Source: Nostoc sp. DedSLP01
Lineage (GTDB): Bacteria > Cyanobacteriota > Cyanobacteriia > Cyanobacteriales > Nostocaceae
Reading direction: 5' to 3'
NCBI GenBank assembly: GCA_034530875.2
Contig: JAVRCJ020000016.1
Coordinates: 131,984 to 195,983 of the forward strand
DNA: 64,000 nucleotides
Positions 1 to 8,759 of this stretch are shown here, piece by piece. The first letter of the stretch is position 1; the number at the start of each line of letters is the position of its first letter. Made by a program: the position numbers and the translations under genes. The notes below the pieces were generated by a model. The model saw only the letters and a program-made list of their open reading frames with translations, was not told the DNA's origin and ran no database searches.

Positions 1-19
1 TTTTGCGCTGATATGTCAT
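1..19 (-). CDS. Possible 5' end (MTYQRK...) of a radical SAM/SPASM splicease-type maturase running off the window edge
   Basis: ATG ACA TAT CAG CGC AAA lies downstream of the YG-motif precursor on the same strand and resembles my recollection of PcpX/PlpX N-termini (MTYRRxSYAVWEITLKC). Only 6 codons are visible. Confidence 0.4.
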
Positions 20-265
20 AAATTAATACTCAATGTCCATTTTAAAAGTTGAGTTTATTCAGTGTTGAGGCTGAGTGAGGGGACTTTTATAATGCTTTTG
101 GGTTGAGCCTAATACAAATCAAATTCGCAATCCTAAAAGGTAAAGAAAGTAAGATTGCATTCATCTGTTCTCAAAAGAGAGATGAATAAAAATAAGTTCA
201 GAGCGTATTACATACAAAGGAAAAGCCCCATAAATCAGCACTCGTAATTAGCTTATGCAACGCTA

Positions 266-395
266 TATAGGAATCATATTTGATTTGGTGAAAAAAATCA
301 GTACACCCAAACAAGGCTTCTTTCCTACTCCCTACTCCCCATTCCCTACTCCCTGCCTACACAAATAATTTCAGTAATCAAACCGGATTCCTATA
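266..395. mobile_element. Small MITE-like/dispersed repeat with TATAGGAATC...GATTCCTATA ends and internal CCCTACT heptamers
   Basis: Terminal inverted repeat. Related ends at ~26405 and 42782-42864, and a similar element at 27663-27766. Confidence 0.6.
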
Positions 396-400
396 TCTGT

Positions 401-835
401 TTATGATAATTGTCGTGGAATAACTGCCCCGTATACCGCCTGTATAGGAGTATCGATGATGGCGCCATATAGGGGTTGTGGGTGCAACGGTGGCTTTGGA
501 CGCGGCCGAGGAATGCATTTAATAATTGATGACTTTCCAGGTTCGATTACAACACCATACAGTGGCTGAATAGTTACATTATCTTTATTTGCAAATCCGC
601 CAACAGCTCCCACTAATTCCTCTTCAGTGAGGTCGTCAAATAGACCTAATTCTTTTAATTCCAATATTTTAATAGAGGCTGTTTCAAATTCTTCTTGAGA
701 AAAATCATAGCCGCCTTCTTCCATGACTTTTATCGCTTCGTCGATTCGATCGCTCATTAATTGAGTGCGAAAAGTTTCGTCTTTGACAAGTCTGATGATG
801 AAATCTTTAACTTTCTCAAAAATTGATAAGGACAT
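401..835 (-). CDS. Nif11-family leader RiPP precursor, spliceotide (PcpA-like) type, with three XYG motifs
   Basis: ATG at 835 follows an AGGAG RBS. The 80-aa Nif11-like leader ends DLTEEELVGAVGG. The 64-aa core has QPLYGVV, QPLYGAI, QAVYGAV and a Pro-rich spacer. Confidence 0.9.
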   Translation of the reverse strand: MSLSIFEKVKDFIIRLVKDETFRTQLMSDRIDEAIKVMEEGGYDFSQEEFETASIKILELKELGLFDDLTEEELVGAVGGFANKDNVTIQPLYGVVIEPGKSSIIKCIPRPRPKPPLHPQPLYGAIIDTPIQAVYGAVIPRQLS

Positions 836-945
836 ATTTTTACTCTCTCCTTTGATATCAGTTTTGTAGTGGAAAAGATATACCAATTCAAAATTTATGT
901 ATTAAGAAAACTAGAGATCGCAAGGGTTTAAGCTTATGTATCTGT

Positions 946-1116
946 CAATAAGGTTCGGTTAAGATCCCCCCGCCTACGGCGACCCCCTTTTTAAGGGGGT
1001 AAAAGAGGGTTGTAAGCCCACCTTTTTAAGGGGGTAAAAGAGGGTTGTAAGCCCCCCAATTTATCGGGGGGTTGGGGGAATCTTGGAGGAATAAACGCGT
1101 TAACCGAACCGTATTG
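946..1116. mobile_element. MITE (171 bp), possibly Nezha-like, nested in an older ATACCAATT...AATTGGTAT element (~880-1151)
   Basis: TIR CAATAAGGTTCGGTTAA / TTAACCGAACCGTATTG and a perfect 10-bp target duplication ATGTATCTGT at 936-945 and 1117-1126. Confidence 0.9.
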
Positions 1117-1173
1117 ATGTATCTGTCGCATTCCTTTTTTCAAATTGGTATCAATCAATATTTGCAGCGATGG

Positions 1174-1641
1174 TCAACTCTGTAAATATACAGAAGTATC
1201 TGCGACTTGACGTAACTGCTCGGATGCAGAATAGTTATCTGTGATGATTTGCGGACATCGCATACAAGCTGCTTTGCCTTCTTGCTGCCACCAGCGACAA
1301 TCTCGACGGATAGAACAAGGTGGTAGTTGTTCTACCACTGCGGGCAATTTCTCAACAATTCCCTTCGCAAGACGACAGTCCTGGCCATCAAAATGCTGAC
1401 AACCTGATTTTGCGCAGGATGCGGCCGTCCGAAAAATTTCGGCAGGTGTGACTGGGCTAGCTTTTGCTACCAGTTCATCTGTAATGGGCAAAGGTTCTTT
1501 GAGATAAGCTATGCGAGGTGCTGTTACCGTTCCACCAACTATACCGAAGATAACAGTATCTCCAGATTCGGTTTCGGGTCTAGCACTAGGGCAAAGGGTA
1601 GTACGAACGGGAGTTGGATCTTTCATTAATGAATTCTCCAC
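1174..1641 (-). CDS. Cys-rich hypothetical protein (8 Cys), putative metal/Fe-S-binding RiPP accessory
   Basis: GTG-start ORF with CPSA, Cx4C, Cx5C and Cx2C patterns, located between two precursor genes. Confidence 0.75.
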   Translation of the reverse strand: MENSLMKDPTPVRTTLCPSARPETESGDTVIFGIVGGTVTAPRIAYLKEPLPITDELVAKASPVTPAEIFRTAASCAKSGCQHFDGQDCRLAKGIVEKLPAVVEQLPPCSIRRDCRWWQQEGKAACMRCPQIITDNYSASEQLRQVADTSVYLQS

Positions 1642-1786
1642 CGAAAGAATATCTTCACTTGAAGACTAGCGGTCTATCGTAATTAATGATGGTGGTTATA
1701 TGTATTTGTAGTCAGGACTTTAGTCCTTGGTTTTTTCAGCACTAAAGTCCTTGTTAGAAACCTTTCAAAATTTTGGCTTGAAACCG

Positions 1787-2005
1787 CTAGCTAATCGCTT
1801 GGCGGTCATCTTGCTGTGCAATTATCCCAATTATTATCGGCGGCTTGCATACTATTTTGTTTATACCCACACCACCTGCAACTCCTGCTGATTCTTCATC
1901 AGATAAAGTTTCTACTAATTCTCTGCGGGTTACCGCATCGGCAATGGCATTTTCAATCAGATTGTTGATTTCTATTTGCCCATCGGATTTTTTATGTTCT
2001 GACAT
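1787..2005 (-). CDS. Double-glycine-leader peptide precursor (core VGINKIVCKPPIIIGIIAQQDDRQAIS)
   Basis: GAGG RBS and a leader ending ETLSDEESAGVAGG, which matches the C39-cleaved leader consensus. Confidence 0.8.
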   Translation of the reverse strand: MSEHKKSDGQIEINNLIENAIADAVTRRELVETLSDEESAGVAGGVGINKIVCKPPIIIGIIAQQDDRQAIS

Positions 2006-2107
2006 ATTTTAAGTTCCTCTCAGATAAAATTTTTGGTAAATTTGGATTTCGACTCGTTCTAAATTCAACTTTTCGATCGCAGTTTTTGTTGTAGTATCAC
2101 CTCCAAG

Positions 2108-2524
2108 TTATTGAGTTTCTACCATATTTGGCTGTAGTGCGATCGCCTGTCGGTCGCAAACAACAGCAGTTTTCCAATGGACTACATGTTTGCGGGCAAA
2201 GCCTAGCTGATAATTCAATTGAGCATAGTAAGCTTGTTTGTCTGGTGAAAGCGTTCCTTGGGCAAAAAGGACATTCCCGAAATTGACTGCTGCTTCTATG
2301 CAGTTGGGCTGAAATTCCAGAGCTTTTTGATAGTATGCGATCGCTTTCTTTAACTTACCTTGTTGTTGCAAGTTGTAGCATAAGCTCTTACAATTTGTTA
2401 CTTTGAATCCTAATATTTCTTTATATATGAATCCAGCTTCATCCAATTGTCCTGCTTGATGTTTTTGCAGTGCTAACTGAATGAGAGATTGAATTGGCGA
2501 TTCAGAAATATTTTTCGCACTCAT
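2108..2524 (-). pseudogene. Tetratricopeptide-repeat protein, apparently deleted/frameshifted
   Basis: TPR motifs (QQGKLKKAIAYYQKALEFQPN, RQAIALQPN). The last TPR continues in another frame (NLEVILQQ) after the stop. Confidence 0.6.
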
Positions 2525-2543
2525 TGCTATATAAATAGAATTC

Positions 2544-2650
2544 TAAGTAGAAGGCAGGAGGCAGTTCTTGCTGGAGGCAGGAGGTAAAACCCTTAATAAT
2601 AAAAGGTTTCACCCTTTTGGATTTTACATTTAATTATGTCTGCCTACTTA
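2544..2650. mobile_element. TAAGTAG...CTACTTA small dispersed element
   Basis: Inverted ends. A close relative lies at 13335-13425 and a more distant one at ~21032-21119. Confidence 0.7.
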
Positions 2651-2884
2651 TTTTTCTCAGTTAGTATATTTATCAGAATTAAAATTCTAGAATCACGATT
2701 CAATAATAGAACCCAGGACTTAAACGCAAGATTTTTAAATTGTTATATATAGGTGTATGGCATACTATTCTGAAGTTGCACGCAGCGATCGCACATCCCA
2801 GACTTGGAAAGATAATGTTGGGTGCCACCGAACTCTAGTTAACCAGTAATTGTTATTTTCGTCGTCTATTGATGACGAGGAATC

Positions 2885-3742
2885 CTAAGTAAGATTAACG
2901 CCTGCTACAACTGCAATCAGCTCGGTACCAGTAGGAAGGTTATCAAAAATCAGTGTATCAACGCTACCAGTATCGAAAAAGTCGGCTGTCCCAAGTTCGT
3001 AATTTCCAGCTGGACTGAGTTGAAACCGATCTATGCCTTTCTCAAAGCCTAAAATTACAGCAAAGTCGTCGAAGCCAGCTTTGGTGTAAAAAGAGCCATT
3101 AGTATCCCCAAGCAAAAATGTGTCTTTAACACCATCGCCAAGAGGATTCCCATCACCATCAAGTAGACCGCCAACTAAGAAATCTTGCTCAAAAGATTTC
3201 CCTCTTGCAGCATTACTACCTCCTACAAGGATGTCACTGCCATTTCCTCCTAAGAGGATGTCATTACCGGTTCCGCCACTCAGGTTATCATTGCCATCAC
3301 CTCCATTGAGGGTATCATCGCCTAAACTTCCATCAAGGGTGTCATCACCCAAACCCCCATCAAGTTCGTCATTGTCCAATCCCCCATAGAGCTTATCATC
3401 GCCCTTGCCTCCATTGAGGATGTCATTGCCCAGGTCTCCAGATAAAAAGTCGTTGCCTAAACCCCCATCGAGTTTGTCATTACCAAGATTCCCGTAGAGT
3501 TTATCATCGCCTTTATCTCCATTGAGGATGTCATCGCCGAAACCCCCAAACAGCTGGTCGTTACCGTTGCCCCCATTTAGTGTGGAATTGCCACTGCTGC
3601 CTGCAAAAAGTTTGTCGTCACCACCTCCACCGGTTAAGGTGTCATTACCGCCAAGACCATAAATACTATAAGAATCAAGATTAGTGTTTCCTCCAGGTAC
3701 AGTTAATAGATTGTTGCCGCTAGTTCCTCGTAAAGTAGGCAT
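2885..3742 (-). CDS. RTX/hemolysin-type calcium-binding repeat protein
   Basis: Long run of GGxGxDxL nonapeptides, GGAGG RBS, T1SS-like C-terminus. Confidence 0.93.
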   Translation of the reverse strand: MPTLRGTSGNNLLTVPGGNTNLDSYSIYGLGGNDTLTGGGGDDKLFAGSSGNSTLNGGNGNDQLFGGFGDDILNGDKGDDKLYGNLGNDKLDGGLGNDFLSGDLGNDILNGGKGDDKLYGGLDNDELDGGLGDDTLDGSLGDDTLNGGDGNDNLSGGTGNDILLGGNGSDILVGGSNAARGKSFEQDFLVGGLLDGDGNPLGDGVKDTFLLGDTNGSFYTKAGFDDFAVILGFEKGIDRFQLSPAGNYELGTADFFDTGSVDTLIFDNLPTGTELIAVVAGVNLT

Positions 3743-3870
3743 ATTGTTTACCTCCTAAAGTTTTTAATTTGACTATTATGTTTTCAAATCTGTTAGAACT
3801 TACGCACTGAAACCTGAAACCTAGATCCCCCCACTACACCCGTTTTTAAGGGAGTTGGGGGATCTGAGTG

Positions 3871-4030
3871 GAATGGCACTAAGAAAAGATGAAATCTCGT
3901 CAGGGCAGGGTGTAGGGTGTAGTGTTTAACAATTTAATTTGGATTGCGCCAAAAATTTCAACATCTTCTTAATTCCCCACACCCTCTAAGCGAACCATAT
4001 CAAGGGTTTGCGCTTAACTTAGTGGGATTC
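3871..4030. mobile_element. MITE (160 bp) with 11-bp target duplication, nested in an ACTTACGCAC...GTGCGTAAGT element
   Basis: TIR GAATGGCACTAAG / CTTAGTGGGATTC, with GGATCTGAGTG duplicated at 3860-3870 and 4031-4041. Confidence 0.85.
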
Positions 4031-4046
4031 GGATCTGAGTGCGTAA

Positions 4047-4176
4047 GTTTGCTGATTGAGAATATGAATTTATCGGGCTACGCCCCGCTTTGCTAACACG
4101 CTTCAGGTGCAGAGTCGCAGAGAGTAAGAGTTGAGAAGAGTTGATTTTTGGATTTCATATTCAAATTCAGCAATGC
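4047..4176. mobile_element. Degenerate copy of the GGCGTTGCTGA-type MITE
   Basis: TTGCTGA...TCAGCAA ends and an internal GCAGAG..GCAGAGAG motif shared with 35078-35190. Confidence 0.6.
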
Positions 4177-4219
4177 GCGAAAATTTGTGGACTTTGCATA
4201 TATGCCACTTTAGCTTTAA

Positions 4220-4930
4220 CTAAAAAATTGAGGAAAAGCTCAAATTTGTATTTGGAGAACTTTCCCTAGCGATTACAGGGACAAAATTCTCAACCTCTAG
4301 TGTTGACTTGTTATTAGCGTCAAGCGAGCCTAGAACTATACCCAGGAAACTGTTTTTGTATTGAACTAGAGTAGCGTCTAGTTTGCCATTATCGTTTGAA
4401 TCGAAGCTTTGCAATACTAAGTTTTTGGGGATAATGCTATTTGTGACAATGCCAATGCGATCGCCTCTAGCTGCATTAAAGTCAGTAATGACATCAGCAA
4501 GCAGAGGATCGGAAGTTCCTGTCTTCAGTACAAATAAATCGCCACCAGCACCTCCGGTAAGTCTATCGATGCCTGCGCCGGCACTCAGAGTATCGTTACC
4601 TTTACCCCCGAGTAGGACATCATTTCCTGCGACTCCTTGCAGATAATCGTTTTTTGCCGTGCCCAAAATGAGATTGTTAGAAGAGTCAGTATCTCTAGAT
4701 AGGGGAGTCCTAACCAAGCCCGCAATTGAAGAATCCGTGGCTGCTACTATAGTGCTAGCCGACGATCCTCCAACTACGAAAACGTTGTCACTCTTGCTAA
4801 TAGTTGAACCGTCAGGGGAGGTAACTGTAAGATTGACGCTACCGCCAGCACCTTTTATATTGACGTAAGACAGACCTGTAACAGAAATACTGCTACTGCC
4901 ACTAAGTACTTTAATTTGAGAAGTAATCAT
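4220..4930 (-). CDS. Small RTX-repeat secreted protein with Ser/Thr/Val-rich N-terminus
   Basis: GGKGNDTL, GAGIDRL, GGAGGDLF and DVITDF motifs; GGAGG RBS. Confidence 0.88.
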   Translation of the reverse strand: MITSQIKVLSGSSSISVTGLSYVNIKGAGGSVNLTVTSPDGSTISKSDNVFVVGGSSASTIVAATDSSIAGLVRTPLSRDTDSSNNLILGTAKNDYLQGVAGNDVLLGGKGNDTLSAGAGIDRLTGGAGGDLFVLKTGTSDPLLADVITDFNAARGDRIGIVTNSIIPKNLVLQSFDSNDNGKLDATLVQYKNSFLGIVLGSLDANNKSTLEVENFVPVIARESSPNTNLSFSSIF

Positions 4931-4989
4931 TACATTTCCTCCTCGATCTTCCTAGATGGATAATGCCCAGTTTACAAGTCATCCGAGGC

Positions 4990-5244
4990 TTAAGCTTCGA
5001 CTGTAGTACTTGTGCTTGGGGACTGACTGCTGGAGGTACTAGCACTAGCACTAGCATTACTAGACTTGGCTTGGGGATTGAATGCTACTGCACTACTACT
5101 ATGAGTTTCTCCATTTGCAGAGGTGGCTGTAGCAATACTTACGCTCCCAGAACCTTCGCCATTGACAAATGATTTAGCTACCACAACAGTGCTGCTAGAT
5201 TGACGAAGAGATACTAGCTGTAATATTCGCCGAGATAAAGACAT
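4990..5244 (-). CDS. Small Ser/Thr/Ala-rich low-complexity protein
   Basis: 84-aa ORF co-oriented with the cluster. Composition resembles the neighbouring secreted peptides, but there is no clear GG leader. Confidence 0.55.
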   Translation of the reverse strand: MSLSRRILQLVSLRQSSSTVVVAKSFVNGEGSGSVSIATATSANGETHSSSAVAFNPQAKSSNASASASTSSSQSPSTSTTVEA

Positions 5245-5297
5245 AGCTTTGCAATTATCGCATCGACTGTGCTAACATGGGCTTGAAATTTATAAAG

Positions 5298-5333
5298 CTG
5301 CTGAAAGCTATATCTGGAAATAGCTTTCAGCAG
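5298..5333. terminator. Strong stem-loop (14-bp perfect stem)
   Basis: CTGCTGAAAGCTAT / ATAGCTTTCAGCAG. A second hairpin lies at 5449-5478, directly after the 98-aa gene. Confidence 0.55.
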
Positions 5334-5481
5334 ATTTAAGTAGTTCTAAGATAGGTTGAGTAGAGTACAAGATAACCTAACAAACAGTTGCGCTGGAGTG
5401 TTGGTTTCGTACTCGCTCAAGCCTATTTTTGTTTTGAGACTTAGTGCGAACTAATCCTTTTGGATAGATGGATTAGTTTGA

Positions 5482-5778
5482 TTATGAGCTAACGGAAGTA
5501 GCTTCAAGGAAGGATTCAGAGCTCTTAGGACTGGTTTTTGTACCGCCAACTACACTGGTGAAAGTGTTGTCACCGGTAGCATCTGCGCTACCTGTTAATG
5601 AAGCTGTGTTGTCTTTGATATTAGGAATGACTTTATAGCTATTGTTTATGGTCTCCTTGATGTTAGCCACAATATTCTTTTTGACAGTGAATTTGCTGTT
5701 GATATTAACAGGGGTGCCAGTACCACCGAAGACTTCTTCTGAAGTATTTTCCAAGTAGTTGAGATCGGAAATAATCAT
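5482..5778 (-). CDS. Short double-glycine-leader secreted protein, Ser/Thr/Asn-rich (EbfG-like in character)
   Basis: AGGAG RBS, 19-aa leader MIISDLNYLENTSEEVFGG, and a 79-aa Cys-free polar, beta-prone core. Confidence 0.85.
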   Translation of the reverse strand: MIISDLNYLENTSEEVFGGTGTPVNINSKFTVKKNIVANIKETINNSYKVIPNIKDNTASLTGSADATGDNTFTSVVGGTKTSPKSSESFLEATSVSS

Positions 5779-6120
5779 TATTTTTCTCCTGAAAGGTTGT
5801 TGGTTTTCTGGGGTGTTTTTATTAACTAACTTGTGTTTGTTAGTTACATGATTACTATATAGATACCAATTTAAAAAGTCAATACTTTATTCGATAGTTT
5901 TTACAAATTTTTCAGTCAAAAATTCAAGTCAAAATTGATTATTTTAATTCTATAAATGCAGCAAAAAATAAAGCAAAAAAACAAATTTTCCTGCCCATGA
6001 AGGCTTACAGCAATTTAAATTAATTTTTAATTACCTAAATTTAGCTTTTTCTTTAATAACTTAAAAATCAGCTAATATTGAAATTATTTTAATTAACTAA
6101 TACCAACATACAAAATTATC

Positions 6121-6223
6121 GAAACAATCGGGTCTAAAACCTTGCATTTTAAGGCGAAAAGTTTTGAGAACGGGGTATAAATCCTCGTAACAAAAACGGC
6201 CTCCTGCCTCCTGCCTTCGTTAA
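6121..6223. repeat. Dispersed repeat, second copy at ~20568-20714
   Basis: Both copies share GAAACAATCGGxTCTAAAACC...GAACGGGGTATAAATCCTCGTxACAAAAACGGCCTCCTGCC...GTTAA. Confidence 0.8.
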
Positions 6224-6298
6224 TCTGCAATCGGATAATTTACTATCCATAAAATTATTTGAAATTTCAGGAGGTTTTGATGTTGGTGAATAACAGGC

Positions 6299-7078
6299 TT
6301 AAGCGTGTACTAATACCTCCTGCGATCGCAAATTGGCATCCGAGTCTATCTCAATAAAAATTTCGATAGCGTTAACTTGTTGCTTTAACCAATCAGAAAA
6401 TAATTCTGTAATGATTTTTTGGCGCAACTGTTCATCTAATTGGGGTTGAATGACTTCTTCCACCCAAATTAAATGCACTCCTTTGGGAGTTGTAATCGGT
6501 TTGAGAGCTTCTGGTGGTGCAGCAGCAAATACAGCGGCTGCAATCTCTGGACGAAAATCTTTGCGGTATCGGAGTCCTTGATATCCATAAGTCCGGCGGA
6601 GTTCTGGTTCTGGGATATATAAACGAGCAATTTCAGGAAAATTCACTTCACCTTCTTCTAGAGCATAAAAAAGCTCTAAAGCCAAGTCTCGATCCTCCAA
6701 GACAACTTCGTAGGTAACAGCAGCAACGTAATCTAGTTGGCGTTCGTAAAAATACTTTTCGAGTTGAGCAGAAAATAAATGATTACCTAACTTGCGCGCA
6801 AGGATTTTGTTGTAGGCTAATTCTTCAAACTCATTCACAGAAAGATGGTGTTTTTCTAGCCACATCCAAGTGTCTTTAGCTCTAACAAGTTTTTTGGCGA
6901 ACCTTAGGTCATCTCCTTCTTGCTGGAGTTCTTCTGGCGTGACTGTAATTCCTGCCTCTCGAGCTGCTTCGGCAATAATGCTTTGCGATGCTATTGCTTC
7001 GGCGACATCAGGTATTTGGCAAGAAAGTTTAAGACTGTGAATGATGTCTGAAGTGGAAATGTTCAGCTGGTGAGGCAT
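6299..7078 (-). CDS. PpiC/parvulin-like peptidylprolyl isomerase (foldase) associated with the peptidase ABC transporter
   Basis: ELFYALEEGEVNFPEIARLY...PEIAAAVF...PITTPKGVHLIWVEE rotamase-like segment, directly after hlyD. Confidence 0.88.
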   Translation of the reverse strand: MPHQLNISTSDIIHSLKLSCQIPDVAEAIASQSIIAEAAREAGITVTPEELQQEGDDLRFAKKLVRAKDTWMWLEKHHLSVNEFEELAYNKILARKLGNHLFSAQLEKYFYERQLDYVAAVTYEVVLEDRDLALELFYALEEGEVNFPEIARLYIPEPELRRTYGYQGLRYRKDFRPEIAAAVFAAAPPEALKPITTPKGVHLIWVEEVIQPQLDEQLRQKIITELFSDWLKQQVNAIEIFIEIDSDANLRSQEVLVHA

Positions 7079-7142
7079 AACATCATATCTCCAATAATTA
7101 TCTGGGTTGTCTGATTTCGTAATTTCAGTGTTTGCGCTCTAA

Positions 7143-8759
7143 CTAAATCTCTAAACCCCCTTTTTGCAGCTTCTTGAACGGATCTAGAACAAAGTCAATC
7201 ACCCGACGTTGACGAATTATGACTTCAGCATTCGCTGTCTGACCGGCAGTTAATGGAATACGTTTGTTACCGTTTTCGAGATATTGCTGGTCTAAAGTGA
7301 TTTCTAATTCATAGTTTTCAATATTTCCTTGGGGTGTTTGGCTAATTTTGGAGTCCGGAGAAATCCAAGTAACTTTCCCTTGGCCGATGCCATATTCTTG
7401 GAAGGGATAGGCATCAAACTTGACTTTAACTGGCATTCCTAATTTCAAGAAGCCACTATCTTGATTGGGCATATTAGCTTTGAGGATGAAATCTGCATTC
7501 TTGGGTGCGATTTGGGCAATTCTTTGACCGACTTGTACCACTGCTCCTGGCTTAGTGGTAGGCAATTCAAAAATCACCCCATTGATGGGCGATCGCACTA
7601 CTCGCTGCTGAATTTGCAGTCTGATAGATATAATCTGGCTTTTAGTTTGAGCAACTTCTGACTGCACCGCTGTTATTTGTGCCTGTAAGTCCTTTAGCTG
7701 TTCTATATTTTTCATCAAAGCCAGTTTCCCGGCTTGCATCAAACTTTGATAGCTACTTTGCTCTTCTTGCAGTCGCAGTTTTGCTTGTTGGATATCAGAC
7801 TCCAACATCTTAATAGTTACTTGATAACGATTTAACTCTTCTGCCAAGCGCAACTCGGCTTGTTTAATATCTGATACAGCCCTGTTATAGAGTCGTTTGC
7901 TTTCTTGTTCTTCTTTTTTGAGTTCATCGATTTGGGTTGCAGAAACCGCACCATCCTCAACGAGTTTGCTAAAGCGTTCGACTTGCCTAGTATCTAAACC
8001 CAGACGGGTTTGAGCAGATTCGCGATCGTTGCGAGTAATGTCAATCTGCTGCTGTGCTTGCTTGACTAATGCCTGTTTTTCTAACTTTTGCAGGTTATAG
8101 CTACTGAGTTTGGCATCTAGATTTTGCTGCGCCTGGTTAACTTGAGCGATTTTTTCCAATTCTTGGGATTTATTTTGCTGCTCTAAAAGATTATTTGAGG
8201 CTAAAAGTTGATTTTTGAGCAGTTCTAGTTGGGATTGCCGATTTTGTAGCCCTTGCAATTTGGTTTGGACTTGTTGGAGTTCAGTTTGTAGCAGGTCTGA
8301 GTCTAGTTGCAGTAGAACTTGTCCTGGTCTGACTGTATCTCCTTCTTTGACCATAACTGCTTTGACAGTCCCACTAGCTTGAGAGTCTAATTTTTGAGTT
8401 GCGCCTTTAGGTTCTATACGTCCTCTGGCGCTACCAGTTTCATCTACTCGCGAGAGACTTGCCCAAGGCAAAAATAGACCAGCAAAGGCTATGAGTACAT
8501 ACAACAAACTCCGAGTCCAAATTTGAGGTAGCGCATTCAGCAGTCCTTCAGTGCCGTAGTGCAAATCTTGACTGTCATTTTCTGCCTCTGTCTGCTCGTT
8601 AACTTCTACATGTTCCTCATCTTCTTCCTGTATGTAACTTTCATGCCGGTCTGGCTCATCTTGGGAAACTGGGGACGATCTATTAGGATATGGCATAATT
8701 TTTTCTTTTATATCTATAGATAGATGTGGAGATGAGAAATTCCCCATATCGAATCTCAA
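7143..8759 (-). CDS. HlyD-family type I secretion membrane fusion protein (start may be 8696)
   Basis: Single TM, ARGRIEP, VKEGDTVRPGQVL, long coiled coil, VKFDAYPFQEYG. Confidence 0.95.
   Translation of the reverse strand: MRFDMGNFSSPHLSIDIKEKIMPYPNRSSPVSQDEPDRHESYIQEEDEEHVEVNEQTEAENDSQDLHYGTEGLLNALPQIWTRSLLYVLIAFAGLFLPWASLSRVDETGSARGRIEPKGATQKLDSQASGTVKAVMVKEGDTVRPGQVLLQLDSDLLQTELQQVQTKLQGLQNRQSQLELLKNQLLASNNLLEQQNKSQELEKIAQVNQAQQNLDAKLSSYNLQKLEKQALVKQAQQQIDITRNDRESAQTRLGLDTRQVERFSKLVEDGAVSATQIDELKKEEQESKRLYNRAVSDIKQAELRLAEELNRYQVTIKMLESDIQQAKLRLQEEQSSYQSLMQAGKLALMKNIEQLKDLQAQITAVQSEVAQTKSQIISIRLQIQQRVVRSPINGVIFELPTTKPGAVVQVGQRIAQIAPKNADFILKANMPNQDSGFLKLGMPVKVKFDAYPFQEYGIGQGKVTWISPDSKISQTPQGNIENYELEITLDQQYLENGNKRIPLTAGQTANAEVIIRQRRVIDFVLDPFKKLQKGGLEI

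Noticed and set aside
836..886. N-terminal extension of the precursor ORF in the ORF track
   Set aside because: The RBS and Nif11 homology point to ATG at 835, and the extension runs into a mobile element end.
985..1055. Direct repeats resembling a mini CRISPR array
   Set aside because: Two adjacent copies without unique spacers, internal to a MITE; no cas genes.
1709..1756. AGGACTTTAGTCCT palindrome as a regulator site
   Set aside because: Its context (GTAGTCAGGACT...AGCACTAAAGT) looks like a small dispersed repeat rather than an operator.
3120..3389. Plus-strand Ser/Pro/Leu-rich ORFs opposite RTX genes (also 4383, 29639, 31689, 33045, 34020)
   Set aside because: Antisense shadows of the GGxGND codon repeats.
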